From positions 96,309-160,308 of the IMG/VR virus record IMGVR_UViG_3300045988_159943: a stretch of 64,000 bases of DNA. The stretch is one strand, 5' to 3'. A program made the translations under genes and the position numbers. Source of the DNA: a virus. Shown in pieces: positions 28,001 through 38,037 of the stretch. The notes under the pieces are model-generated. The model was given only the letters and a program-made list of their open reading frames with translations. It was not told the origin of the DNA and searched no databases. Every line of letters starts with the position of its first letter. Within the stretch, counting starts at the first letter, position 1.

Positions 28001-28924
28001 ATGTATAATGAGGAGGTAAAATCTGACTTTATAAAAGATTACATGAGAAGTAGAGTGGTTGCATTCACATCACTAACGGGCTTATTTAACAAAACTGAAG
28101 AATATGAATGTAAACTTAAAAAAGATTGTAGTCAATTTACCAAAGAAGAAATATTAAATATGTACAAAAATTTCAAAGCAAAATCTCTAAGTGTTTTGGA
28201 AAATTATAATGTGCATTTAAAAAGATACACGGCGTATAGATTACACAAAAAGCAGATTAACACTGATAATTCGTACAGTGAATTAACAAAAGACATGATA
28301 AAAGAATGCCTTGATCCAGAAATACAGGAACAGCTTTATGTTACTAGAGAGGAATTAGATGATATTGAAAATGAATTATTTAATTATACAGACAAAGCTA
28401 TCGTCGAAGCTCTATGGAACGGAATTAGCGGCAAAAGTATGTGTGATTTAGTATCTTTAAATGAAGATATGATAAGTCCAAATAAAGACAGTATAATATT
28501 TCCAGATGGAAGAATTATTGACATTGATCAAAAACTTGCTAGATTTTTAGAAAAAGCTTTTCGTGAAACAGAATACATTTGCTATGGAGAAACTTTAAAG
28601 GTTGAGAAAGTAGAAGGTCAAGGCTCTTTATATAAAGCAAGATCAAATGCATATGCGCAAATGACAGAAGATGTTCGTTTCCGTTGGGTGTATAGAAAGA
28701 TACAGAATTATAGAAAGTATCTGGATATACCACTACTTACAATGAAAAATATTCAGGCATCTGGGCTCTTGCATAAGCTTCAAACTGAGATGAAAAAAAA
28801 TAATTGCTCAATGAGAGAAGTGCTTGCAACAGAAAAAGGCAAGAAAATAGCAGTCCAATATGGCTATAAGCCAAATCATTACATTGATGTTATTATAGAT
28901 AAATTTAATGGGTACCAGGAGTAG
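28001..28924 (+). CDS. hypothetical protein (307 aa from MYNEEVKS)
   Basis: ORF 27950..28924 trimmed to ATG after AAGGAGCGGTCATATG. Confidence 0.45.
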   Translation: MYNEEVKSDFIKDYMRSRVVAFTSLTGLFNKTEEYECKLKKDCSQFTKEEILNMYKNFKAKSLSVLENYNVHLKRYTAYRLHKKQINTDNSYSELTKDMIKECLDPEIQEQLYVTREELDDIENELFNYTDKAIVEALWNGISGKSMCDLVSLNEDMISPNKDSIIFPDGRIIDIDQKLARFLEKAFRETEYICYGETLKVEKVEGQGSLYKARSNAYAQMTEDVRFRWVYRKIQNYRKYLDIPLLTMKNIQASGLLHKLQTEMKKNNCSMREVLATEKGKKIAVQYGYKPNHYIDVIIDKFNGYQE

Positions 28925-28943
28925 GCGTAAGCCTACTTTTTTT
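28921..28943 (+). terminator. intrinsic terminator gtaggc-gtaa-gcctac + T7
   Basis: Perfect 6-bp stem, tetraloop, TTTTTTT. Confidence 0.7.
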
Positions 28944-29056
28944 GTATAATTATGCATAATATTCTAATGTTCGTTTATTTTCAGCAAAATATCCATTGAC
29001 TACGCAAAATATTACAAATATAATGATAATATAATAATTGACGGGAGGTTTTTTGC

Positions 29057-29302
29057 TTGAATTTTAATATTATGCAACTTATCGGAAAAAAAGTTACTGT
29101 TCATTTAAGTCATGTTGTTTATGGAGATCAGGAATTATATATACGTCATTTTGAACCATTTTGTTCAGATAATACAATTGGGTTTACTACAAATGGACAT
29201 GCAATTTATTTGTATAAAACAGAAATTCAACACATAGAGTGTGATGAGGGGGTTGTAAAAATTGTCAGTGATGATCAAACAATGACTATAAAATTCGTGT
29301 AA
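29057..29302 (+). CDS. hypothetical protein (81 aa; TTG start, or ATG at 29072)
   Basis: ORF track; GGGAGG 8 nt upstream of TTG; sigma70-like boxes ttgact...tataat at ~28997-29030. Confidence 0.4.
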   Translation: MNFNIMQLIGKKVTVHLSHVVYGDQELYIRHFEPFCSDNTIGFTTNGHAIYLYKTEIQHIECDEGVVKIVSDDQTMTIKFV

Positions 29303-29330
29303 AATATTATTCTGCTTTCTATTTTTACTC

Positions 29331-29393
29331 TTGACAACGACGAAATTATATGATAAAATAGCGACGTAAAAATGTAATAGTACAAAATTATTG
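29331..29393 (+). promoter_or_regulatory. sigma70-like promoter TTGACA(29331)-17-TAAAAT(29354) followed by leader-motif variant ATAGTACAAAATTATTG (29377-29393)
   Basis: read directly. Confidence 0.5.
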
Positions 29394-29430
29394 GTAAATA
29401 TATTTTTCGAAGAAAGGAGCGTCGCAATGC

Positions 29431-29643
29431 GTGAGAGAAATAGAAAGCAGTACTTATTTACAATGTTGTGGGTGTGGGAAAGTCCACACTGTAAGACGTA
29501 AATATAATAGCGATGAAGTTTATATTGACTCGGTATGCCCAAAGTGTGGACATGAAAGAGCGTTAATATTGGGAGAAGACAAGGAAAATATTTATGTACA
29601 TTACGACCCAATAAATGATGATCGTTATTTTATTTATAAATGA
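29431..29643 (+). CDS. zinc-ribbon protein (70 aa; GTG start; CCGCG...CPKCG)
   Basis: ORF track; RBS AAAGGAGCGTCGCAATGCGTG; ATG at 29427 gives only 24 aa in another frame. Confidence 0.45.
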   Translation: MREIESSTYLQCCGCGKVHTVRRKYNSDEVYIDSVCPKCGHERALILGEDKENIYVHYDPINDDRYFIYK

Positions 29644-29659
29644 CAATACAAAATTATTA
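29643..29659 (+). promoter_or_regulatory. leader motif variant ACAATACAAAATTATTA
   Basis: Overlaps stop codon of upstream gene; ATG 29684. Confidence 0.45.
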
Positions 29660-29683
29660 TGACTTAAAAGGAGAAATACAACA

Positions 29684-30763
29684 ATGGCAAGTAAAAGATT
29701 ATTTGATCTACCACAGACTCGTGGTTCATTTCAGATTCGTGGGCATGTAAATGGAGTTGAGCGACAAAATTTTTATACAGAAAAGACTACCAAAAATGGC
29801 AACCTTTTTAGAAGAGTTAATTTTGGTACTTCCTATGAAAAAGATAAAACTGTATACCTGTCTCTAAATGGTATGCCTAGAGAATTTGTTTATTATTCCA
29901 AGAGAGACAAGGAAAGTGGAAAGACTGATACTCAAAATGTCAGATGGGAAGATAGATATAAATTTAACTCTGAAGGATATCGTATGATTGGTGTAAATGT
30001 TGGATTGCAACAGGTTCGTAACGAAAATGGATCTATCAGCAATGTAATCAAGACTCTGGCAGAATTTGATGCCTGTGAATATTTAAAGGCATACTTAGAA
30101 GATGAAATGTCTATCTTTGCGTCTGGTAATCTTGAATTTTCTTCTTATACTACCAACACTGGTGAGGTTCGTAGACAGACCAGTTTCACTCCTGTCAAAA
30201 TTTATGCTTCCAAGGCACCTATTGATTTTGACGCAGACAATTATAAGCCCCAAAATACATTTGTTCAGAACATTGTGTATCGTGATGTTCAGGAAGAAAT
30301 TGAAGATGATAAATCCACTGGGAGATATATTCTTTCTGCTTATATTGTAAATTATAGCTCTATTGAGCCTGTAGAATTTATTATTAAAGATAAGGCACTT
30401 GCAAGCTCTTGTAAGAGATATATGAAGCCCTACTGGATGTTTGAAGTTAATGGACGTATCGAAGTTGAACATTTTGCTACAGATGTGGCTCCTGTCGCAA
30501 GTCCCTGGGGAACCCCAAATCCTAATAAGCGTTTAGAGCATTCCTCTAAAACTGAAATGGTCATTACTGGTGTTGAATGCGATGAAAGCACTGGAGAACC
30601 TATCATCGATAAGGAAACTTATACCGAAAAGAATATCAACGCAGCATTTGCAGCAATCCAGAATGCTAATCATGCAGAAAGCAATTTTGGCGAACCAGAA
30701 AAAGCCACTGTGACTTGGGGCACTGACGCAGACTCTGACGTAGATGAAGATATTCCGTGGTAA
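29684..30763 (+). CDS. putative single-stranded DNA-binding protein (359 aa) with SSB-type acidic tail
   Basis: ORF track; RBS AAAGGAGAAATACAACAATG. C-terminus ...TWGTDADSDVDEDIPW mimics the conserved SSB DDDIPF tail; body unassigned. Minus ORF 30095..30472 spurious. Confidence 0.45.
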   Translation: MASKRLFDLPQTRGSFQIRGHVNGVERQNFYTEKTTKNGNLFRRVNFGTSYEKDKTVYLSLNGMPREFVYYSKRDKESGKTDTQNVRWEDRYKFNSEGYRMIGVNVGLQQVRNENGSISNVIKTLAEFDACEYLKAYLEDEMSIFASGNLEFSSYTTNTGEVRRQTSFTPVKIYASKAPIDFDADNYKPQNTFVQNIVYRDVQEEIEDDKSTGRYILSAYIVNYSSIEPVEFIIKDKALASSCKRYMKPYWMFEVNGRIEVEHFATDVAPVASPWGTPNPNKRLEHSSKTEMVITGVECDESTGEPIIDKETYTEKNINAAFAAIQNANHAESNFGEPEKATVTWGTDADSDVDEDIPW

Positions 30764-30767
30764 GTAA

Positions 30768-30784
30768 GCAATACAAAATTATTG
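30768..30784 (+). promoter_or_regulatory. leader motif variant (AG)CAATACAAAATTATTG
   Basis: ATG 30807. Confidence 0.45.
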
Positions 30785-30806
30785 ATTAAAAAGGAGATAG
30801 ATATAT

Positions 30807-31949
30807 ATGGCAACTGCAAGACGTGGTAGTGCAATTCGTACAAAGATTAACCTATTACTTTATGGAGCCCCGTTCTCTGGTAAGTCAACTTTAGCAATGC
30901 AAGCCGCATTGCTAAAGAGACCAGATGGAAAGAATTATCGTGTACTTGTGTTTGACGCAGAGAACGGTGGAACAGATGAGAGTATTGATGCAGTAGTTAG
31001 TCAAGGTGCTCATCCCGACGATATTTATGTGCTATACACTCAGAGTGTAAGTGAGATTAAGCAGTATATCAAGAAAATCGCAGACAATGAGCCAATCTAT
31101 ATGCTTAATGATGATGGAACTGAAAGCGATGAAATTTTAACTGATAGTGAAGGTAAGCAGTTTGTACCAGACGTTGTTATTTTGGATGGTACCTCAGTAC
31201 TCAAGATGACAACTCAGAACTCTCTCATCAACCTTTCTCAGAAGCGTAATAAGATTAAGGCAGAGAAGGCTAATCTAAGCGTTGAAGAGAAATATGTAGC
31301 TGTGGCTGGGGCAGGTATGGAATTAAAGGATTATAACAAGCTGGCTACCACTGGACAGGATCTCGTGCTTAGCCTAATGAGTTTGCCTTGTTCTGTTATC
31401 TTAACTAGCCGTGAAAAAGATGAAACTGTTTCCCAAAAGGATGCAGAAGGACGAATTGCAAGTGTATCAACTGGACGTAAGACTTATGATTCTTTTAAGG
31501 GAATTGATTATAACTGTAAGCAGATTTTCCGTATGTATAAAGACGAAGCAACTAATGAAATTTGTGCGTATGTCGAAAAGGACAGAACTGGGGTGCATAC
31601 CTTTGGTGAAGTGCTGATTGATCCTTCTCTTCTTGATTACCAGGAGATGCTTGATAAATCTTCTAGTAATAGAGCATTCAATGTGCGCAATGACTTTGAT
31701 AAGGCTGTAGCAACTGATCAGAAGATTATGGAAAAGGAAGTTCTTGGCCCGGATGCCAATTATACTCCCGGTGCAAGGGCCCCAAAAGAAATCATTGATG
31801 AAATTAATGCAATAATTAAGGCGCTTCCTATGCCTGAAAAGCAAGCACTAAGAGCAAAGTTGAAGGAAAACAACCTGCCAGATAGTTTCGCAAAAATTAC
31901 AGATGTAGAACTGTTAAACCAAATTTTAGATTTCGTAAAAAATGCATAA
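30807..31949 (+). CDS. RecA-superfamily ATPase (Sak4/UvsX-like recombinase or helicase-loader-like), 380 aa
   Basis: Walker A LLLYGAPFSGKSTLAMQAA; Walker B-like VVILDGTS; RBS AAAGGAGATAGATATATATG. Confidence 0.5.
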   Translation: MATARRGSAIRTKINLLLYGAPFSGKSTLAMQAALLKRPDGKNYRVLVFDAENGGTDESIDAVVSQGAHPDDIYVLYTQSVSEIKQYIKKIADNEPIYMLNDDGTESDEILTDSEGKQFVPDVVILDGTSVLKMTTQNSLINLSQKRNKIKAEKANLSVEEKYVAVAGAGMELKDYNKLATTGQDLVLSLMSLPCSVILTSREKDETVSQKDAEGRIASVSTGRKTYDSFKGIDYNCKQIFRMYKDEATNEICAYVEKDRTGVHTFGEVLIDPSLLDYQEMLDKSSSNRAFNVRNDFDKAVATDQKIMEKEVLGPDANYTPGARAPKEIIDEINAIIKALPMPEKQALRAKLKENNLPDSFAKITDVELLNQILDFVKNA

Positions 31950-32008
31950 ACACCACATAAAATAGGGAGGCTTAGTCCTCCCTATTGTTGGATAAAGGAG
32001 AAGTTTAA

Positions 32009-32668
32009 ATGTGTGACATTACAAAAACGTGTGCAAGATGTAAAGAAATAATGGAAATTAACATAAATAATATAAGTGGTATAGCACTTCTGGATAATAA
32101 ATATTATCATACTGATTGCCTTATTGAATACGCTTCCCAAAGAGTAAAAGCAAAAAAACATGCTGCACATTGGGATTCTGCACTTGAACATGTAGATTTA
32201 TATGAAAAAAATGCTAAAAATACTTTAGAATTTAGGGTTTATAGAGACAGACTCAACGACTACTTACTTGATCACTATAATGTTGTTACTGTACCAAAAC
32301 ATTTTTGGGATATTATTGGAGATTTAGGCAATGGAAAATATCAAAGACGTAAATGTAAACCTGTATATATTAAAACAATTTTAGAAGCTTGGGGGTGGTC
32401 TCAAAAACAGCTTGATAATATTTCTATAAGAAATAAAATGAACCACAAGGGTCCTAAGAATGATTCTGAGAGGATAGTTTATGACCTATCAATAATACTA
32501 AGACATCTTGAGGATTATTTTACATGGAAAGCGAAGTCTGAGGCTAACAAAAAAGAAGTGGTACGTAACGCTACCTATGATGAAATTGATATGTCCAAAC
32601 TTGGGAAAGCACAACAAGAACAAAAGGAAGATATTAGTGATATATTTAATGATCTTTATGTAGAATAA
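32009..32668 (+). CDS. hypothetical protein with N-terminal CxxC...H...C zinc-binding segment (219 aa)
   Basis: ORF track; RBS AAAGGAGAAGTTTAAATG. Confidence 0.5.
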   Translation: MCDITKTCARCKEIMEININNISGIALLDNKYYHTDCLIEYASQRVKAKKHAAHWDSALEHVDLYEKNAKNTLEFRVYRDRLNDYLLDHYNVVTVPKHFWDIIGDLGNGKYQRRKCKPVYIKTILEAWGWSQKQLDNISIRNKMNHKGPKNDSERIVYDLSIILRHLEDYFTWKAKSEANKKEVVRNATYDEIDMSKLGKAQQEQKEDISDIFNDLYVE

Positions 32669-32680
32669 GGAGTAGATACG

Positions 32681-34264
32681 ATGGATGACAATCTTGAACT
32701 CGAACTATGGAATACCCAAGTGGAGCTAATTGTTCTTGGGTCTTTATATGCTAGGCCAGAAGAAGCGGGGTTTACTTATATTAATATCATTAAGAATAGT
32801 GACTTTCATGATAAGTCTACTGCATTTTTTCATGCCTTTTTTAATGACTACATCATGACTTATGATAATGAATTAACAGAAACAAAAGCAAATTTATTTG
32901 CCAGTATGGATAAAACTCGACTACAAGGATATAAGAAATTTGGATGTTTTAAATCTATTCAGCAGATGATGGACTTAGCAACAACGTCCGATGAAGAATT
33001 AAAAAAACACGTAGATGTTCTAAAGAAATGGAGCGTTCTAAGGCAGCTTAATAAGAACGGATACGATGTTTCTAAAATTCTTAGCCATCCGAGATTCAAC
33101 TCTCTAAGCGCAGATACATGTGCAAATTTAATTAGAGGTAATATTGATAAAATCTGTAACAAGGTAATTACAGGTTTAGATGACGCAATAGACCTCTCTG
33201 AAAATGTCACTTCATTAATGGATAGCTTTCTTGAAGCTCCTGAACGTGGCATGGATTGCGCATGGGATTTTGTAAATCAAATGTGCTCTGGAATTATGAA
33301 ACACGATTCTTATTGTATTGCTATGAACTCTAACCAGGGCAAAGGACGCTCTATGATTTTTATTGCAATACATTTGGCACTTTGCGAGTCTGCTAACGTC
33401 GCCTTCTTTGGAAACGAAATGGATTTTAGTAGCATGCAATTAGCTGCTCTCAGCGTTGTTAATAACTCTCCAGCTATTCAAAAACTACATGGAAATGAAA
33501 TTCATATTCCAGAAAAAAGATTTAAGACTGGGGCTTATTTAGATTCTGAAAATAAGATTATTTACAGAAACACTGACAGAGAAGGCAATTATACAGAAAC
33601 AGTTGAACAATTTCAGGCTCGTCTTGAAAGAACTTCTCAAGAGTATAGAAATGTAAAAAACGCAATCAAATGGTTCGAAGAAAAAGGAAAAAATAAAATT
33701 TGGTTTAAAAACTGTTCTGCGAATTATTCTGATGAAAGTCTGCAGCGCCTTGTCAGACAAGCAGTGTATCAACATGGCGTTGACGTTTGGTTCTACGACA
33801 CTTTGAAGCATGGAACAGGTTCTGATATGTCGAAGTGGACTGACCTCGTACAGACAGCTACAAGGCTTTGTGAGATGAATGCAACGCTCCCTACGGCATC
33901 TATTATGAGTGCACAGCTTAACAACACTGCATTTCAAACAAGGCCAGAAGATATGACAAGCTCTACACTTGCATCGGCTTCTTATATATACCATCTATTT
34001 GATGTTATGATTGTAATGCAACATCTTAGACCAGAGATGTATAAGGATTATGTGTTACAAACAAAAAATCAAAATGGAAGATTTGTATATCAAGATTTAG
34101 ATACAAGCCGTCATTTGACAGTTGCAAATTTGTTAAAGAACCGTAGAGGTGGAAAGGCAATGTATTTGCTAGATAGTGATTTGAATGAAAACACTTGGAT
34201 TCAACAACAAGGGATATTAGTGCCCAAAAGCACAGTTGATGACAATCTACTTTGGGGGGATTGA
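32681..34264 (+). CDS. DnaB-like replicative helicase (divergent), 527 aa
   Basis: N-terminal ...ELIVLGSLYARPEE... matches the DnaB N-terminal (E.AVLGslL..P.) pattern; central degenerate P-loop NSNQGKGRSM; RBS TAAGGAGTAGATACGATG. Minus ORFs inside spurious. Confidence 0.45.
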   Translation: MDDNLELELWNTQVELIVLGSLYARPEEAGFTYINIIKNSDFHDKSTAFFHAFFNDYIMTYDNELTETKANLFASMDKTRLQGYKKFGCFKSIQQMMDLATTSDEELKKHVDVLKKWSVLRQLNKNGYDVSKILSHPRFNSLSADTCANLIRGNIDKICNKVITGLDDAIDLSENVTSLMDSFLEAPERGMDCAWDFVNQMCSGIMKHDSYCIAMNSNQGKGRSMIFIAIHLALCESANVAFFGNEMDFSSMQLAALSVVNNSPAIQKLHGNEIHIPEKRFKTGAYLDSENKIIYRNTDREGNYTETVEQFQARLERTSQEYRNVKNAIKWFEEKGKNKIWFKNCSANYSDESLQRLVRQAVYQHGVDVWFYDTLKHGTGSDMSKWTDLVQTATRLCEMNATLPTASIMSAQLNNTAFQTRPEDMTSSTLASASYIYHLFDVMIVMQHLRPEMYKDYVLQTKNQNGRFVYQDLDTSRHLTVANLLKNRRGGKAMYLLDSDLNENTWIQQQGILVPKSTVDDNLLWGD

Positions 34265-34314
34265 GTTGTATGTTTATAAAGCACAAAAAGGAATTAACAA
34301 CATGGTAATGTAGT

Positions 34315-34932
34315 ATGGAAAAGAAAAGAAGTTTCCTAAAAGTAGATTATAATATATTTCAATTGGTAGGAAGCTATATTGTAAACAAAGAAAAAATAAA
34401 CATAGATTATCTTGATTGCCTAATTATTGAAAGAATATTAGACTTTCAAAATAATAATATGAAATGCTATATAACAAATGAACAGTTAGCTAAAATTTTT
34501 AATAGCAGTGTTCGCACTATTGCTAGAAAAATAGCTAATTTAATAAAGCTAAGAATAATTAAAAGTGAAGTTAATATGTACAGTGATCAAGGCCAAAAAA
34601 CAAGAATTAGGGAAATGGTAGTGGTTTATCCTAGTATTGCAATATGTATGCATAATAGAGATTTGGACAAATATCACCATACAGCAGAAAATCAAGGTAA
34701 TGCCAATAGTGACACTACCTTTCCTGCGAAGGTAATGCCATCTGAGGTAAAAGGTAATGCCAACGTTGGCATTAAAGTAGAACATATAGTAGACCAGAAT
34801 GGAGATGCGCAATACACCAGTGCGGATAATGTTTTTAATTCTAACGAATTAAAAAATTATCCTTTTAGAGATGAACTTCGTTCACCTCTCGGTTTAAATT
34901 TTGATGATGAAGGTGATGATATTTGGAAATAA
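34315..34932 (+). CDS. HTH-domain DNA-binding protein (replication/transcription regulator-like), 205 aa
   Basis: ITNEQLAKIFNSSVRTIARKIANLIKLRII resembles a helix-turn-helix. Confidence 0.4.
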   Translation: MEKKRSFLKVDYNIFQLVGSYIVNKEKINIDYLDCLIIERILDFQNNNMKCYITNEQLAKIFNSSVRTIARKIANLIKLRIIKSEVNMYSDQGQKTRIREMVVVYPSIAICMHNRDLDKYHHTAENQGNANSDTTFPAKVMPSEVKGNANVGIKVEHIVDQNGDAQYTSADNVFNSNELKNYPFRDELRSPLGLNFDDEGDDIWK

Positions 34933-34988
34933 TAAATTAGTCAATTTAAACAATTTAATCAATCAATTTTCATGCAACTTACCACTAT

Positions 34989-35005
34989 ACAGTACAAAAT
35001 TATTG
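34989..35005 (+). promoter_or_regulatory. leader motif ACAGTACAAAATTATTG (+TGATACAATAC extension shared with copy at 51877)
   Basis: read directly. Confidence 0.5.
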
Positions 35006-35045
35006 TGATACAATACATCCATAAAATAGAAAGAGGTGATGCAAT

Positions 35046-35209
35046 TTGATTGTTTTTTGGTTCTTAGTAATCGTTGCGTCAGTGTTCGCATGGTTTTTCT
35101 TAGCACCAACATTTAAATTCATCGGAGAGTATTTTGCAACTCTGTACAAAAATGCAAAGCGCCAAATGGAAAATGATAATGAAAACGAAAAGGAGAAAAA
35201 TGACAAATG
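35046..35209 (+). CDS. small membrane protein (54 aa; TTG start)
   Basis: Hand-translated LIVFWFLVIVASVFAWFFLAPTFKFIGEYF...; RBS AAGAGGTGA; stop overlaps next ATG (ATGA). Minus ORF 35000..35206 rejected. Confidence 0.3.
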
Positions 35210-36070
35210 AATAAGGGTAGAATTGGAGGCGTAATTCTTGCGCTCGTAATCATTGTAGGTATTATCTGTTGTGCTCTATGCCTTGAACGCATCCCGACTG
35301 GTTATGTTGGCGTTGTGTATTCTATGAATGGCGGCGTACAGGATGAAATTCTTACTCAGGGCTTTCACCTTGTAGCACCTACTAAGCATGTTAAGGAATT
35401 TACCGTTGGCAACGAACAGCTAGTACTTTCTCAGGATGAGCGTGATGGTAGTGAAGCAGACGAGAGCTTCCTGGTTTCCACTGCTGACAATGCAAACATC
35501 AGCATCTCTTTCCAGATGTCTTACCGTTTCAAGCAGGATGAAGTAACTGATACTTACAAGAAGTTCCGTGGTATGGACGGTGAGCAGATTGTAAATAGCC
35601 GTGTTCGTACTGTTCTAAAGGCAAAGATTTCTGAGGTTACTACAAATTACACTATGATGGACATTTATTCTGGTGACCGTGGAAAGATTAATGATGAGCT
35701 GACCGAATTCCTGAATAAGGAGCTTAGTGAAGAGTTTGGCATTGAAGTCATGGACGCATCCATTATTGATGTTCATCCCGATGCACAGCTTCAAAAGACT
35801 ATTAATGATCGTGTAACTGCAATGCAGAAGAAGCAGCAGGCCGAAGCCGAGCAGGAAACTATTAAGGTTCAGAACCAGACTCGACTGCTTGAAGCACAGG
35901 CTGAGGCAGACGCAAAGAAGATTGAGGCTGAAGGCGAAGCAGAAGCTAATAGAATCATCTCTGCATCCATTACTGACGGTCTGTTAAAGAAGATGGAAAT
36001 GGAAGCTCGTCAGGAGCATGGATGGGTTACTGTTCAGGGAGCAGATACCGTAGTCACTAACGCAAACTAA
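35207..36070 (+). CDS. SPFH/band-7 (prohibitin/HflK/flotillin-like) membrane protein
   Basis: N-terminal TM helix; SPFH core GVVYSMNGGVQDEILTQGFHLVAP...; C-terminal AEAE/coiled-coil tail QKKQQAEAEQETIKVQNQTRLLEAQAEADAKKIEAEGEAEANRII. Confidence 0.75.
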   Translation: MNKGRIGGVILALVIIVGIICCALCLERIPTGYVGVVYSMNGGVQDEILTQGFHLVAPTKHVKEFTVGNEQLVLSQDERDGSEADESFLVSTADNANISISFQMSYRFKQDEVTDTYKKFRGMDGEQIVNSRVRTVLKAKISEVTTNYTMMDIYSGDRGKINDELTEFLNKELSEEFGIEVMDASIIDVHPDAQLQKTINDRVTAMQKKQQAEAEQETIKVQNQTRLLEAQAEADAKKIEAEGEAEANRIISASITDGLLKKMEMEARQEHGWVTVQGADTVVTNAN

Positions 36071-36081
36071 TTTGACACCGG

Positions 36082-36108
36082 GCCACAGCGGTATATCTGT
36101 GGCTTTTT
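36082..36108 (+). terminator. intrinsic terminator gccacag-cggtatat-ctgtggc + TTTTTAT
   Basis: 7-bp perfect stem + T-run. Confidence 0.65.
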
Positions 36109-36181
36109 ATGTATCAGAGCGTTTGGGCTTAAGTTGGTTCGAGGCCAGCCTGATAGAGATTAATTTTGAGGTGTTAGAGTT

Positions 36182-36643
36182 ATGACAAATTTTACGGCAT
36201 TCATGATAATTGCATTTATCATTTTAATTGTAACAATGCCAATATGGGCATTTAAGGTAGCCGATATAATAAGTGAATATCAAATTTTTAATCAGAAGTA
36301 TACAAATTATGAGTCAATCAAAATTACATTTAAACAATTTCGAGAGTTTTATGCAATTGCTCCTAATAAGTGGACTTGGGAATTTCAAAAAGACTATGTT
36401 GAAAATAAAAAACGCATTAAAGGATTAAAATATTCTGCTTCACATACTTCATGTAAAGGATATTGTATTCAATTTTCTTTTATAGATCTTATGAGATTCA
36501 AAAAATTTGTTAAAGAATATGATGTGAATGAAAAAAATAAACAAGACATGTCTATAAAAGAAGATTTTATGAAATACGTTCAGCAAGACATCAATAACTA
36601 TAACGATGAGTTACTTGAAATGCTCAAAAGAAGGGAGAAATAA
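36182..36643 (+). CDS. hypothetical protein with N-terminal TM helix (153 aa)
   Basis: ORF track. Confidence 0.5.
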   Translation: MTNFTAFMIIAFIILIVTMPIWAFKVADIISEYQIFNQKYTNYESIKITFKQFREFYAIAPNKWTWEFQKDYVENKKRIKGLKYSASHTSCKGYCIQFSFIDLMRFKKFVKEYDVNEKNKQDMSIKEDFMKYVQQDINNYNDELLEMLKRREK

Positions 36644-36645
36644 AT

Positions 36646-36981
36646 ATGATTTATTCTTGTATGTGTCCGAGCGGAAGTTGCTATGTAGACGGTAAATGCC
36701 ACTTCCAAGAAGATTGTATTCATAAAGTAAAAAATAATTCAGATAGAATTAAAAGCATGTCAGATGATGAGCTTTACGATTTTCTAGATAGGTTTGCACA
36801 TGATGGGCCTTGGCATAAAGAATTTGAAAAAACTTTCTGCGAAAACTGCGAACCCATCGAAGTTGAGAAGAATTGGTTTGGGACAGAAACTCCTTATTAT
36901 GCATGTGAGTTTACTGATATGGGATGCCCACACTATAATGGAGATTGTCTTAAGTGGTGGCTAGAGAAGAGGGTATATTAA
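36646..36981 (+). CDS. hypothetical Cys-rich protein (111 aa)
   Basis: ORF track; RBS GAAGGGAGAAATAAATATG. Confidence 0.5.
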   Translation: MIYSCMCPSGSCYVDGKCHFQEDCIHKVKNNSDRIKSMSDDELYDFLDRFAHDGPWHKEFEKTFCENCEPIEVEKNWFGTETPYYACEFTDMGCPHYNGDCLKWWLEKRVY

Positions 36982-37157
36982 TGGAAGTTGTTAGTAAGGA
37001 AAATTTACTTGCTTGGGCAGAGGAATATGCTAAATGCACTGTTGGGGCAGAGCATGTTGCAGCAATGAAGTTTGTAAAGAAAATTAATGAAGAGAAATCT
37101 TTGTGGATTGGAATTGATTTGAGTAATAAGGAATGTGAGGTAATCGAAGATGCCTAA
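36981..37157 (+). CDS. hypothetical protein (58 aa from MEVVSKEN)
   Basis: ORF 36954..37157 trimmed to ATG overlapping upstream stop (TAATG). Confidence 0.4.
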   Translation: MEVVSKENLLAWAEEYAKCTVGAEHVAAMKFVKKINEEKSLWIGIDLSNKECEVIEDA

Positions 37158-37887
37158 TTTCTATATACTGTCGGATGTGCATGGATTTTATAATGAAATG
37201 CGCAAGGCTCTTGATAAAGCAGGATTTGACCCGAATAATGAAAATCATTGGTTGATTTCTCTTGGAGATGAAATTGATAGGGGGAGACAACCAGAACAGG
37301 TAATCAACTATCTTATGGATCTTCCTCGTGCCATTTTTGTCAAAGGCAATCACTCCATTCTTTTTGAAGATTTTTGTGAGCGTTCTTATCCACTTAGATA
37401 CGACTGGTCAAATGGCACAGCAAACAGTATTCTTTCACTAGCTCCAGAGGCACAAAAGTGGGACGAAGCTTGTATTATCGCTATGGAGAAAATGAAACCA
37501 TTACTGGATCAAATGGTAAATTACTTTGAAACATCGCACTATATATTCGTGCACTCCTATATCCCCTTATTAAAAAGCACTGGAAGCAGTGTAATGAGAT
37601 ACAATCCAAGTTGGCGTACTGCAAGCGACAAGGAATGGGAAGATGCTATGTGGGGAAATCCGTTCCAGTTACATAAACAATTTGGAAGTAATCATGATAA
37701 GACAATTATTTGTGGGCACTGGCATAGTTCTTGGCCGAGGATGTATTTTGATGGAGAAGATCAGTGGGGAGATAACGCAAACTTTTCTCCTTATTATATG
37801 GATGGTCTCATTGGAATTGACGCATGTACAGCTTATAGTGGTAAAGTAAATTGTATCGTAATCGAAGATGACTTATTGGAGGAATAA
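37150..37887 (+). CDS. calcineurin-like metallophosphoesterase (lambda-type Ser/Thr protein phosphatase / ApaH-like)
   Basis: Motifs LSDVHG (DxH), SLGDEIDRG (GDxxDRG), VKGNHS (GNH[ED]), later HSY..GHWH. Confidence 0.75.
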   Translation: MPNFYILSDVHGFYNEMRKALDKAGFDPNNENHWLISLGDEIDRGRQPEQVINYLMDLPRAIFVKGNHSILFEDFCERSYPLRYDWSNGTANSILSLAPEAQKWDEACIIAMEKMKPLLDQMVNYFETSHYIFVHSYIPLLKSTGSSVMRYNPSWRTASDKEWEDAMWGNPFQLHKQFGSNHDKTIICGHWHSSWPRMYFDGEDQWGDNANFSPYYMDGLIGIDACTAYSGKVNCIVIEDDLLEE

Positions 37888-37889
37888 CA

Positions 37890-38036
37890 ATGGAAAGTAA
37901 GTATTGGTGGCAACAATGTGTGCGTTGCATTGAGTGGGGACAAGTCAGTGGTAGATGCAGGTTTTGTTCTCGTTGCCCATTTTCTGCTGGTGGATGTGGA
38001 GATGGATTTGTAGAACGAAAGAATGATGTAAAATAA
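37890..38036 (+). CDS. small Cys-rich protein (48 aa)
   Basis: Hand-translated MESKYWWQQCVRCIEWGQVSGRCRFCSRCPFSAGGCGDGF...; RBS GGAGGAATAACAATG. Confidence 0.35.
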   Translation: MESKYWWQQCVRCIEWGQVSGRCRFCSRCPFSAGGCGDGFVERKNDVK

Positions 38037-38037
38037 T

